DNA of 64,000 nt from the human T2T-CHM13v2.0 reference genome, Homo sapiens: NCBI RefSeq assembly GCF_009914755.1, contig NC_060930.1; one strand, 5' to 3'. The position numbers and the translations under genes were made by a program. Below the pieces are notes generated by a model. The model made no database searches. It was not told the origin of the DNA and saw only the letters and a list, made by a program, of their open reading frames with translations. This document shows, one piece after another, positions 1 to 12,420 of this stretch; within the stretch, counting starts at the first letter, position 1, and every line of letters begins with the position of its first letter.

Positions 1-1200
1 TAAATAGCTAATTTATAGTTTAATCATTTGAATCCCTAAGAATATCCCATTCCCCAATAAATTTTCATATAATATTTTAGTCTCCATTTATATTTCTTCC
101 CTTAATCATCTATTACCAGGGTGACTACATATAATGATTTCCTAATTATTTTATTTATTTCACATTTCTTAGTTGCTATTTTCTATAAATAAAAGCTTTT
201 ACCACAAGCTGATCAACACATTTTATTTTCATGATTTTTATTGCCAATTTAGACACAGACATTTTTATGCTTCTATAAATTATTCATTGTGTCATTTAAA
301 TTATCCCTGTATGAGCCACCAAGAGACACTTTAGCTGGATACTAGCATCTTTTGACAAGTTCACATAGGTGTATGTGTACTTCTTCCATCCTTGGAATAA
401 ACGATAGTTCAGGTTCTTCTTACAGTTTTCTGCCCCAGACATAAAATCAGACATTTCTCTAAGGAGCCCAGGATTTTTTTGAGTAATTAATGGCCACTTG
501 TATTTTTAATTTTTACTCTTTTCTTAGGGCACAGCTATGGTTTTATATATAAATATAAATATATATATTTATATATATAATTAATATATATATAAATTAA
601 TATATATTATATATAAAAATATATTAATATGATATATATTATATAATTTATATATTTATAAATATATTTTTATATATTTATATATATATAAAATTTCATT
701 TAGATATCTCAAATCCCAACCCAATGGAATTGTTTCTCTTTTTATACAAATCCATATTTTTATCTTTCTTCTACCATGGTGGAATATGTCGTTCTCCAAA
801 AATGTTAATATACTTAATATTTCACTTAGGCTTACAATATGCACAAAATAGATTCACAATTACAGCACTAATGCCTATGCCAAAAAATCAATTTACTAGA
901 TAAAGTTCAAGATCACTTTGTAGTTTGTTTATTCTTCCTCTTTGTATGTCTCAACTGTTTACAATCAGTGTTCAAATTTTTCTTGGACTATTTTTTTCCT
1001 CCTACGAGACTATACTCTCAACATGATATATGTTTCATTTGTTTTCTTTTATTTTCCACTTTAAGAATTTTTCTCTGTATTTTTTGAGTTAGTTTTAAAA
1101 ATCAAATGTGTTGCAGTAAAACTTACTTCTGATATAACCATTTAAGGATACAGTTTGATAAGTTTTGTTTTTTTGTGGCTATTTTTTGGATCTCTGGTTA
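1..1200 (-). mobile_element. Old L1M (L1MC/ME-type) 3' region fragments
   Basis: Degenerate antisense L1 3'UTR-like text (e.g. 'ctgccccagacataaaatcagacatttctctaaggagccc'); boundaries approximate. Confidence 0.55.
541..693. repeat. AT-rich low-complexity / (TA)n tract
   Basis: About 150 nt almost entirely A/T with TA dinucleotide runs. Confidence 0.95.
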
Positions 1201-1207
1201 TGCATTA

Positions 1208-2080
1208 CTTTTTTAAAACTTGAAAAATAAAAATTGTATGTATTTACTGTGTACAACATAATGTATTGAAATATATATACATTGCAGAAAGGCTCAATTA
1301 TGCTAATTAACAGGAACAGTATTTATCTTCTTTGATGATAAACTTAAAATCTACACCGTTAGCAATGTTCAAAATACAATATATTGTTATTAACTATAAT
1401 TATAGACATTTTTATGCCAAGTAGCTGGGATTACAGTGCCACGATGCCCGGCTATTTTTTTTTGTATTTTTAGTAGAGACGGGGTTTCACTATTTTGGCC
1501 AGGCTGGTCTTGAATTCCTGACCTCAAGTGATCCGCCTGCCTTGGCCTCCCAAATTGCTTAAAACACTTGAAATCTACATCCCTAGCAATGTTCAAAACA
1601 AAATATATTGTTGTTAACTATAATCACCATGTTGTATAATAGATACCTTGAGGATAATTTTTATTTAACTGAAATTGTATATCCTTTGACCAACATCTCC
1701 CCAACCCAAACCGCCACTCCCTTAGTCTCCTAGTAACCACTATCTTCTATGAGTCTTCTATGAGTCCAAAATTTTTAGATTCCACATATAAGTGAGATCA
1801 TATGGTATTTGTCTTTCTGGGACTGGATTACTTCATTTACCATAATGTCCATCAGGTCCATCTATGTTTTCACAAATCTCAGGAATTCCTTCTTTATTAG
1901 GACTGAATAGTATTCCACATGCATGCCTACCACATTTTCTTTATCCTTTCATCCACTGATGGACACTTAGGTTTATTCCATATCTTAGCTATTGTGAATA
2001 GTGCTGCAATTAACATGGAAGAGCAGTTATCTCTTTGACAGACTGATTTCATTACCTTTGGGTATATGCTCAATAGTGGG
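1208..2080 (-). mobile_element. L1MA-type 3' end, interrupted by an Alu fragment
   Basis: Antisense L1 3' end ('tttttagattccacatataagtgagatcatatggtatttgtctttctg'); the minus ORF 1927-2136 contains the L1 ORF2 C-terminus 'IAALFTIAKIWNKPKCPSVDERIKKMW'. Confidence 0.85.
1417..1559 (-). mobile_element. Internal AluS fragment (no 5' end, no poly-A)
   Basis: 'gtagctgggattacag...tttgtatttttagtagagacggggtttcac...cctgacctcaagtgatccgcctgccttggcctcccaa' covers part of the left arm, the linker and the start of the right arm. Confidence 0.93.
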
Positions 2081-2622
2081 ATTTGATGAGTTTTGATAAA
2101 TACATATACCCATGGAACCATCAATACAATAAACACAGGATATTGATGTCCACCCAGAGGTTTCCTTCTCTTTTCTTGTTAATCTGCCCACCTCTAAATT
2201 CCTGGCTCAGGGCTATACCTGATCATCTTTCTGTCTCTACAGATTAGTTTTACTTTTAGAATTTTACATTAATAAATTCATGTAGTATGTGTATACTTGT
2301 GACTGGCTTTTCTTCTCTCATACTTTAGTTTTCACTTTTTAGTTTTAGTTTTTGTTTTTTGTGTTACACAGATCAGTAATTTGTTTTTATTTTTAAATGG
2401 TTTCATTATAGGGCCATGCCAAAATTTTCTTATTTGAGCTTAAGCCATGATGTATATAACTATTATGTACAAATATATCTATGAGAATTTATAAACAAGT
2501 ACTTTCTGGACACACATTTTTATTTCCATTTGGTAATGAACTAGAAGTAGAAAAGTTGTATCATATGGTGAGTGTATGCTTACATTTATAGGAAACTCAC
2601 AATTGTTTACTAAAATGGTTTT

Positions 2623-2787
2623 CAGAACTATAATTTGTGGGGACCAGGACACAATGAATATTTGGAATTACTTGTCAAAAAGTTATCAAAAATTTCAAGG
2701 TGGTGACAACACAGTTTTAAGCCAAACACAAGACTCTTCTAAGCCCTATGTAACTGCATAGGTTGCATGCACACAAAACAGCCCTTG
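2623..2787 (-). mobile_element. MER45A-like hAT-Tip100 DNA transposon fossil
   Basis: 'taatttgtggggaccag...aatttcaaggtggtgacaacacag...ccctatgtaactgcataggttgcatgc' resembles the reverse complement of MER45A; ~165 bp. Confidence 0.7.
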
Positions 2788-3142
2788 TGTTTATACCATG
2801 TTTCATTATAACCAGCAATGTATGTGAGGCCCGGTTGCTCCACATGCTTGCCAGCATTTGGTAATGTTGGTCTCTAATTTTGATCATTTCAGGGGTTAAG
2901 TAGTAATACCTAGTTGTGGTAATTACGTATATTTATCAGAAGAAAAAGGATACTATTAATAATCATTTTAATAGCCATTTGCAAATGTACCTGAAGTAAC
3001 TATTCTTAGCTGTTCCATATTTTTACTGAGTTTTGTCTTTTTATTCATTTTTAATAGTTATTTTATAATCTGAATACACATGTGAAATGTCTATTGAAGA
3101 TATTTTTTCATAATGTGTGGCTTTTCTTATTTTAATTAGGCA

Positions 3143-3925
3143 TTTTATTTTTCAACTTTTATTTTAGAATCAGGGGGTACATGTACAGATTTGTTGCAGA
3201 GGTATATTGTGTGATGCTAAGGCTTAGAGTATGAATGAACCTGTCACCTAGGTAGTGAGCATAGTATGTACCCAACAGGTAGGTTTCTTCAACCCTTATT
3301 CCTCTCACTTCCTTCCCCTTCTTGTAGTCCCCTGTGTCTATTGTTCCCATTTTTATGACCATGTGTACCCCAATGTTTAGCTCCCACTTAATAAGTGAGA
3401 ACATGCAATATTTGGTTTTCTGTCCCTATGTTAGTTCGCTTAAGATAATGGTTTCCAGTTGCATCCATGTTGCTGTTGTGAATTGCACTCCAATGAACAT
3501 GCAATTGAGTGTGTCTTTTTAGTAGAAAAAAATATTTTCCTTTGGGTATATACCCAGTAATGAGATTACTGGGTCAAATGGTAGGTCAACTCTCAGATCT
3601 TTGAGAAATCTCCAAACTGCTCTTTACAGTGGCTGAACTAATTTGCATTCCCACCAACAGTGTGTAAGTGTTCCCTTTTCTCTTTAGCCTTGCCAACATC
3701 TATTTCTTTACTTTTTAACAAAAGCCATTCTGACTGGTATGAGATGATATCTCATTGTGGTTTTTATTTACATTTTTTAATGATGAGTAATGATGACCAT
3801 TTTTTCATATATTTGTTGGCTGCATGCATGTCTTCTTTTGAGAAGTGTCTGTTCATGTCCTTTGCCCACTTTTTAATGGAGTTATGTATTTATTTTTTGT
3901 TGATTTGTTTAAACTTCTATAGATT
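3143..3925 (-). mobile_element. 5'-truncated L1PA15/16-L1PB-type 3' end
   Basis: 'caacttttattttagaatcagggggtacatgtacagatttgtt' is an L1P 3' terminus; antisense ORF2 end ('tcttcttttgagaagtgtctgttcatgtcctttgcccac'). Confidence 0.85.
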
Positions 3926-4457
3926 CTTATTTTCTTTATGGTTTCTTTAGAAAAACAAAAGTTTATTTTGTTTTTGTTTTAATAATGAAATTCAACATTT
4001 TTCAATTTTTTTTTTTGGTTGGGGGGTAACATTGTGCTAAGACGTGTGTTGAAGAGCTTATTTTTTCCATGAATTATCTTGACACCATTTTCAAAACAGC
4101 TGGCTATGTGGGGGTCTATACCTGCAATATGTACTACTATTTTTGTTTGTTTTCTAATTTATCCCTAAGAAATACCACACTGTTTAGACTATTTTTTTAA
4201 TCTGAAAATTATCAAGTCATACTTGATTAAGTCCTCAAACTTTCTTCATTTTCAAAATTGTATTGTCAGTTGTAGGCAATTTGGTTTTGCAAATAGTTTT
4301 ACAATCAGCTCACCAATTTTTACAAAAAGCTTAATGAAATTTTGAATGTGACCTATTGTTAAATCTGTAGCTCAATTAACCCTGTAAATCACTGAATTTT
4401 CCAATTAAACATTGTATATTGTTCTATTTGAGTTTATTTTAAAAATTTGTCTCAGCA

Positions 4458-4754
4458 GGCCGGGCACGGTGGCTCACACCTGTAATCCCAGCACTTTGGG
4501 AGGCGGATCACGAAGTCAGGAGATTGAAACCATCCTGGCTAACACGCTGAAACCCTGTCTCTACTAAAAATACAAAAAAATTAGCTGGGCATGGTGGTGG
4601 GCGCCTGTAGTCCCAGCTACTCAGGAGGCTGAAGCAGGAGAATGGTGTGAACCTGGGAGGTGGAGGTTATAGTGAGCTGAGATCGTGCCACTGCTCTCTA
4701 GCCTAGCCTGGGCGACAGAGTGAGACTCCATCTCAAAAAAAAAAAAAAAAAAAA
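4458..4754 (+). mobile_element. AluY/Sc8-type, full length
   Basis: Diagnostic 'accatcctggctaacac' and 'ggagaatggtgtgaacc'; poly-A; TSD aaaatttgtctcagca (4442-4457) / aaaatttctttcagca (4757-4772). Confidence 0.95.
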
Positions 4755-5414
4755 GGAAAATTTCTTTCAGCAATGTTTTATAGTTTTCAGTGTGCAAGTC
4801 TTGCAGATATTTTGTTGCATTTATCCCTAATTATTCATGTTTGTTAAACTTGTATAAATCAATTTTTAAAATTCAATGTTATAATTTTTTAAACTGTAAT
4901 TTAGAAATGTAATTACTTAGGGAAATTGATCTTGTATTATGTGATCACATTAAATTTATTTATTAGGTTTAGTAGCTCTTTTTAATTATTCAGAATTTTC
5001 TATGATCACACAGTGTATCTGCAAATATTCAAAATTAACTTCTTTTAATCTACATGTTTTTAAATCACTTTCTTGTCTTATTGCACTGTCTAGTACTTAA
5101 AATTAATTGAAATAGTAAGACTCATTGACTAGCCATATCTTGTTTTCTCTTTCACATTAAAGTTAATACTATTGTTATATTTTTTTTCCTTTTGGTGAAA
5201 TACCCTTTACTAGGTTGAAGATATTCCTGCCTATTCCCAGTTTGCTTATAGATTGCAATTGAAAGTTGTCACTGGTGGTGAACTGCAATGTAAAACTGGA
5301 AGACATAAATTTAAAAGCTGGTGTGTAAACTAACTAATTTAGTAACACGGGAAATTTTAATTATATTGACAATGAATCTAGATGGCCATTGCTTGAGTGA
5401 GCGATGCTGTAGAG

Positions 5415-5657
5415 CAGAGGTCAATAAACATTTTCTGTAAAGGGCCATATAGTATATATTTTAGGCTTTGAGGGTTACATAAAACCTCTGAACATATTTT
5501 TCTTTTTTTCATTCCTTTATTCTGTTTGTTTGTTTGTTTGTAAGTTTTTGTTTCTTTGTGCAATCCTTTAAAAATATAAAACTATTCTTGACTCTCAGGC
5601 CTTCCAACATGAAAGCCAGGACAAATTTGCCCCTGGGGTTTTGTTTGGTATACTCTG
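5415..5657 (+). mobile_element. MER58 (hAT-Charlie) MITE inside ERVL gag
   Basis: 'cagaggtcaataaacattttctgtaaagggccatatagtatatattttaggctttg' is the MER58 5' end; degenerate TIR at the 3' end. Confidence 0.8.
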
Positions 5658-5748
5658 TCCCGGAGGTAGATAATGAAAAATTCCTCAAAGCTATAAATCA
5701 TCAACTAAATGTTAAGTGTGAAAGCCAGAGGGTTTCCTTGGCAGCATA

Positions 5749-8418
5749 TGTTCCAGTTACTTTTGTAGCATAAAAAATTTTCCAAAAACTTAGGAGTACA
5801 AAAACAATCATTTTATTATGCTCCCAATTTCTCTGGTCTGAAATTCAGAAAGGGCACATTGGGGAGTGTTTTTCTCCTCCACAATATTTGGGAATACTGA
5901 ATAGCTGGGAGTAATGCTAGGACTGAGTTCTGGAATTATCTGTGGGTGTCTTCACTAATATGTCTGGCACCTGATCCGGGTTGGCATAAACATTTGGATC
6001 ATCTCAAAATATTGACTATCCATGTGGACATGGTCTATGTTGACTGGCTTTCCTCACAGCATAATGGTCTCAGAGTAAACAGACTTGTAAAATTGTTGCT
6101 TAGGATGCCAAAAGTTAGTATCTCAGTATCTGAGGAAGCAGATGCATTGTTCAGCTTAGCCTCAGAAGTAGCCAAGTCACTTCTGTTGTACTATATTGGT
6201 TGATGCAGACACAAACCCTGTCAGATTCAAAGGAATTTGATGTCAATCTCATTTTCAGTGTCAGAGTGTCCAATAAGTTTGCAGTCTTTTTAAAAAATTG
6301 CCACAATCGACCCTTGTGCAACAAATTATATTCTTTACATTTGCGAAGTATACTCACTGCCTTCTAAAATCTCCCATAATTCATTTCATTTTGAATTCAG
6401 GTTCAGGCTGAAGTTCCAGGATAGTATCAACTAAATAGGCCTATAAGCAGATCACACTCCTTTAGTGTAATATTTAGAATGTCCATCATGCTTATCTGAA
6501 AATCTGTGCATTGAAGAGACAAGATATCCACCCCATATACTCGAACATACTATGGTAAGACAGGCAAAGATGACTGCAATCAGGTTACCTATTCAAATGA
6601 TGGAGAGACGGGAAGCAGACAGCAATGACTAGTCCACACCAATTCTGAAATTAAACAGGGCACATGTTGACAGCTTCTTTGTTAGGAATCATTTATGTTC
6701 TCTGGAACTGATTCTTCGGAGTTCTTGGTTCTATCTTTTGAGCTCTTGGTTACACTATTTTAGTCATCTTTCCATTTTCTTTACAGTTGCCTGTAATTGA
6801 GGCAAAATTCCATGTAATTTGGGGAACTAAAGGTCTATTTTTTATTTTATTTTGTGTGATCTCAATGCCCTTTTGTACAAACAGGTATAATTCCTTTAAA
6901 ATCTTTTTTGGTTTCTAGTAATCAATTTATAATCCACTCCATTAGGCAAAAGCCACATGAATTAATCTCTTTAACATGAGCTTGTGTGTATTTTCAGCTC
7001 AATGTAATGACACTGAGTGACAATATCCCTAATATTCTCAGAGGCTCAATTTTCTAATGGGGGTTAAGTAGTCATGCCATTTAGGTTATTCAAAGTCCCT
7101 TCTTTTATTTTTCTATCTAACAAAAAGCTTCTATGAGACACCACCTTGTATTTTTCTAAGAATCTTGCAGTTGCATTCTATATTTTATCTGTTCCACAAA
7201 ACCATTTCTTAATTGGATGTTCTTTTGCTAACAAGACGGAATAGTAATTTATATCTTCTCTGAAATTTGTTTCAAAATGGAACAGTTCTTTTTCAGCTTG
7301 GGTCATTCTATCTGTACCTTATCATATAAAGCTAAAATAACCAGGTGGCATTCCTAGCATTTTGCTTGGAAACCTCCTTAACCGAATCCATGTGTTTACT
7401 ATTACATTTTCTATTTTCTACATTAACGCAGATAAGAGTTTGGCTAATCTTCCCATAACATAGCAAGAGTTTCCTTTCCTCCAGCTTTTAATCACTCTCT
7501 TCACTATAAGCCCTCAGCAACAGTTTCGTCCAGGCTCTCAGTCACCTCATAACTTCTAGCATCCCACCAGCATTTGGTCCCAAAGATAAAGCCATATATT
7601 TCAGTTGCCAAATTATGTTGTAGTAACTACTCCTGTGTAACTAATCACAACAAAATTTAGTTGGATAAAACAACCATTTTATTACACTGGCTCATGGACT
7701 CTGCTGGCCAGGAACTGTCAAACAGAGGAGGCCTATCTTATCAATGCTACAATTCTCTGAAGACTTGGCAGGGAGTGACTCAAGAAGTGGAGGAGGCTAT
7801 GATCATCAAGAGGCATTTCACCCATATGTTTAGTGCCTGTGTTGAGATGAATAAAAAATGTTTCCAACTGAGACTGGTGTTCAGAGTTCTTTTACATAGT
7901 TCATCCATGTGACCTTACAGGGCAATCAGACATCTTAAGTGATAACTCAGTCCTCCAAAATGAGTGTCCCAGCAGAGAAAACAGTAGTCATGTAGCATCA
8001 ATTCTGTTGAGTCTATTGGACAAAATAATCATAAGCCCAGTCAGAATAAAAGAGAAGTGCATAATTCCCATATTCAATAAGAATGGTGTCAAACTATTGT
8101 GGTCTTTTTTTGAGATAAGGTCTTGCTCTGCTGCATAAGCTAAAGTGCAGTTGCACAATCATAGCTCACTTCAGGATGACCTCCTAGACTCAATGATCCT
8201 CCCACCTCAGTTTCCCAAGTAGCTGGGACTACAGGCACGTGCCACTATGCCCAGCTAATTTTTTGTTTTTTGTAGAAATGAGCTGTTGCTATGTTGCCCT
8301 GACTGGTCTCAAACTCCTGAGCTCAAGTGACCCTGCTGCCTTTGCCTCCCAGCATGCTGGGATTATAGGCATGAGCCAACTTGCCCAGGTTAAGGTCAAT
8401 TTTTTTATAACTGCCATA
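5749..8418 (-). mobile_element. Complete old MaLR provirus (MLT1G/H-like): LTR 5749-6305, internal 6306-7615, LTR 7616-8418
   Basis: Two homologous ~550-bp LTRs ending 'ttgccaca'/'ctgccata'; 5-bp TSD gcata (5744-5748) / gcatc (8419-8423); the host gag frame rejoins across it. Confidence 0.8.
8105..8389 (-). mobile_element. AluJ inside the MLT1 LTR
   Basis: Antisense dimeric Alu with J features ('atcatagctcact', 'ctcctgagctcaagtga'). Confidence 0.92.
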
Positions 8419-11400
8419 GCATCTAAAGAGACTCTCATTTCCTTTAGATGGAAAACATAGAAAACTGAAAAAAAAAAAAAAAGTCCAGGATTTTGTCATA
8501 AGAGTAGAGATGCTCCAGAGCTCAAATTTTCAACTTGGCAGATCAGTCCTGCCAAGTGAGAACCCTGAAAGGGAAAGAACAGTACCCTATTATATGGGAT
8601 GAAGACCCAGATACCATGGTTTGGGTCACTTAAAAACCTTGAGTCCTCCAAATTTCCCAAATCCTCTGAGCCTAGAGAAATGGTCCAGCTCACCCTGTTA
8701 AAGAATAGTTCTCATTGCTTCTCACCTGCAAAACAACGCATGCCTACCATCCCAGGATCTACCCCATCTTCCCTAATAACTGGGGTTAAACCAAACATAA
8801 ACTAGGCAGAGACATGCTAAGCCTTTTAAGGAAATAAAGATCCTATACGTGGAAGGAGCTAGAGAAGCTGACGAACATTTATTAGCAAGAGATGGGAAAT
8901 TACATACGGGACTAGATTCTGAGAGTGCTGAATACACAGAAGTAGACTATAAAGAAGAGTGTATTGCTATGGGAGCACTCACCCCAGATATAGCACTTAA
9001 CAACCTGAAAAGGATGTTGGGAGAGAGAGAAAACATGCTTCTAGGATAGTTCTTAGGAAGATAACAAAAGCTAGGGCACATTCTATGTGAATTCAGAAGT
9101 TTTAGAACTGCTGGAGCGGAGAATAGAAGAGATCAAAAGGCATAGAGAAGTGGTTTTGCAGAGCAGATATATTACATAAATTCAAATAGCAGAGGACTGT
9201 GGTCAGTAGGTAGTCCCAGAAGAGGCACTACTGATTACAGTAAAAATCAATACACTGATGAGAAGGGCACGAGCATGATGAAGAAGTTCAACAATGCTTT
9301 CATTCTATAAGTTAGAACTGACACAAGGCAATTGAAGAAATAAGACAGGGAAAGGTGAGAAGGGAAAGAGAATACTTTATCATTGGAATCAAGATGGACA
9401 CAATCACTGTGCTTCATGCAAAGTAAAAGTGGCAGCCTGTGAGGCCTGACAGGCAGAAAGGTATCGAGATGATCAATAGAATATGGCATCCCTAGAGGCA
9501 AATAGATTGACATCCATGAATGGTATTACTTATTCTATTCAACAAAAAATAAATCAAGGATGATGATCAGGAGGTTACAGCTATCAGTTCCAGTCAAAGA
9601 CATTATTCATTTCCCAATTTCTGAACCTAAGCCAACTTTTGATCCAGAACCCATTGCTCACAGTGAGATCATGACTCCAGTATCGAGGTCTTTCAGCATT
9701 ATGACAATTGTGTATATTAATAAGTCTCTATTTCTTCCCGATAGGGATCTGTAACAATTTACTTGTCTAAATACATGTTGGGGAAAGAAACACACAAAAA
9801 TATTTCTAGGTATTTTTGGTAAAAGGATCTGAATTAATGTTGGTATCCAAAGACTCAAGCACCATTAGCCTCTAATTTAGAGTGAGGGAGCACATGAGCC
9901 AGGTATCTAATGAACTACTGACCAGTGTAGTTTATAGCATCCCACCATACCCAAGGACTTGCATTTCCTCCATCTCTGATTGTGTGGATGTAAAATATAT
10001 ATATTTGATAGGTGAGACCATGCCTTCATTGGTTTTGTGACCTATAGTTAAGAAACTATAGTAGTGGAGAAGGCCTAATAGAGCTGATTCTGCTCCCACC
10101 TCTGGCCAATAACAAAAATTATTGTTTACATCATATTCTGAAAGGATGGTAGGGATAAATGCTGCCCTTAAGGACCTGAAGGATGCAGAGGTGGAGTCTC
10201 CACTAATTATCTATTTAATTCACAGTTTTGTCCCTACATAAACCAGAAATATCCTGAATGAAAAAGTACAATATTTCATACTCAACTACATAATTGAAAC
10301 TATCTGCCAGAAGCAGCATCTTTGCTAGTGCAGATTAACACATTCTGAAGTACTATGTATGCGGTCTATGCAGTCATTAATCTAATGAGTGCATTTCTAC
10401 CTACTCCAAACAAACATGACAATCAGAAGCAGTTTGCATTCACCTGGAATGGCCCACAGTCTATATTTTAGCTTTCCCTAAACCTATACCTTTGCCATCT
10501 AATCATATAGTCTAAATTTGGATCAACTGTACTTCTTTCAAAGCACCACATGGTCTGCAAGATTGATGAGGTCATTCTATTAGGGCTAGTTGGTCAAGAA
10601 GGGGCTATTACATTGAATGCCTTGGTAAGACACATGGACTTCAGAAGATAGGAGTTAAACCTTATGAGCTTTACAAAGATCCAATAACATTATCAGATGT
10701 CCATTGGTCTGGGATATGCTATACCACCCCTCTCCTCCTTTCCCCAAATAAATGATGACATTTGACTCATCTCATCAGAAAACATAATGCCGGTTAGACC
10801 TCCTCGGTTTTTGTAGACAATATATTCCATGCTAGGACATAGTTCTAGTTTTATGCCAGCTGGCATAAATGGCTGTCAGCTTTGACTAGAGCCCAGAGCA
10901 GAAAAAGACTCTGCAGTAGGTCCATGGTGTAGTATCCTATCACTTGGGCCATGCAACCTAGCAAACCTTAGAGCATTAAATCCATCTGTGGTAGAAACTG
11001 ATGCTACATAGAGTTTATGTAGATGCCAATAGTAAAACCATGACAGGCACATAGTTTTCTAGAGCCATACAATGCCATATGCAGGATACAAATCATATTT
11101 TCTAAAATCACAGATAATTCTGACTTGTTTTTATTTCTATTGCCTGCTGGACTTTCACCAGCATCACTATCCAAGGATTTCAGTGTATTTTTCAGTAACA
11201 TGAGATCCCACATAAAATCATACCCAAACTTCACAAAGGGAGGTGAGGGACTAAGCATTTGACCATATAATACACTAGCTGTATCTTCACATAAGCCTAT
11301 CTAGAAACTGTTGGCCTGAGAGAGTAGTAAAACAGATTTTCAAAGGCACAACTTGGAGACTATATCCTGTGAAAATGGGGGCATCATCCTCTTAGACACA

Positions 11401-11689
11401 GTATAACCTCAAAATGAGCAAACACCATATGGTACAATGTCCCTTGTAGTAGAATACTTGAGTTCAGGATCAAGGTGTACAAGTACAGTTGCCTGCATTT
11501 AATATCACTCTCAGGGGACCCATTTGTGGAATCGTACTTACTTTCTCTCTGGGCTTTGCAGGTTTAGAGTCTTCAGACTTTAAGGGATAATTCTTCAGCT
11601 AGGGGACATAGAATGAAAGACAACTGGAGACTTCAAGCTGATGATTATATTGTGTTATCTTTCATAAAGTAGGTTATCACAGTCTTGAT

Positions 11690-12420
11690 TAGTTGATATA
11701 CAGGCACTGATCTCCCAAAGGCATTTAACTGAAAATCAGTTGGCATTCACTTTAAGTGGACAAGTGTAAATGTTGAATGTCTTGCATCAGGAATATGTTA
11801 TTTTCTTACCGTCTGTCATATTAAACTTATACGGGCCTCAATCAGTTGGACCCACTATAGAACATAACTCTAGTGAATGCTAGCAATAAATTAATATTTA
11901 ATGGATTGGTTGAACAAGAATTCATACAGGAAGACTTGGTAGTGTACATATGCTCTAGAAAGTGGGAAATAATCCTTAAAAATGTTCAGAAGCTTATTAC
12001 ATCAGTAAGTGTTTGTCTAATCATCTGGGACATGCTAGTCTATCCCCTCCATATTAACAGACAGTTTTCATCTTGTACCTCCAACCAGAAAGAAGAAACC
12101 ACAACCGTGGATGGATGGGATTCTTCAGGCAGGATATTCCACACCTGTGAATTTTGCTGTGATTTATATATGAGTTGACATTAATGTCTGCCAGTGTTGA
12201 TTGGGCACAGATATAGAAAAAGAACTGGTAACAGATTCAGACTGCACAAGTAGCACATGTGACCTGGCAGACCCACTGCCGTTAGAAGCACGCATGGCAC
12301 TAAAGCATACCTTGTGGAGGTTAGGGCAAGTCTCAATGGAATACTAACAATGAAGACACCGAGAATTCCTGAGAAAGACTCTGCTATCTACAGTGGAGAA
12401 TTTTTAAATACACTGCTGGC
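11690..12420 (+). mobile_element. Second degenerate ERVL RT/tether segment
   Basis: 'ENQLAFTLSGQ..LNVLHQEYV' at ~11731 and 'LVVYICSRKWEI' at ~11936; 'gtgacctggcagacccactgccgttagaag' at ~12258. Homologous to 10420-11090 and to the minus-strand pol at 26052-26830. Confidence 0.7.

Larger units (their letters stand above)
2085..5255 (-). mobile_element. Old L1M ORF2/3' fragments hosting younger insertions
   Basis: Degenerate antisense L1 text ('ccagcaatgtatgtgaggcccggttgctccacatgcttgccagcatttgg'; 'gttttcagtgtgcaagtcttgc') on both sides of MER45, L1P and Alu. Confidence 0.6.
5260..11680 (+). mobile_element. Degenerate class III ERVL internal region (gag-pro-RT-tether, IN, possible dUTPase); no LTR seen
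   Basis: gag-like 'LNVKCESQRVSLAAY|KETLIS' split by an MLT1 insertion; protease-like region ~9820-9900; RT 'QKQFAFTWNG' at ~10423; tether ~10870-11090; integrase-like ~11150-11450; many stops and frameshifts. Confidence 0.75.
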
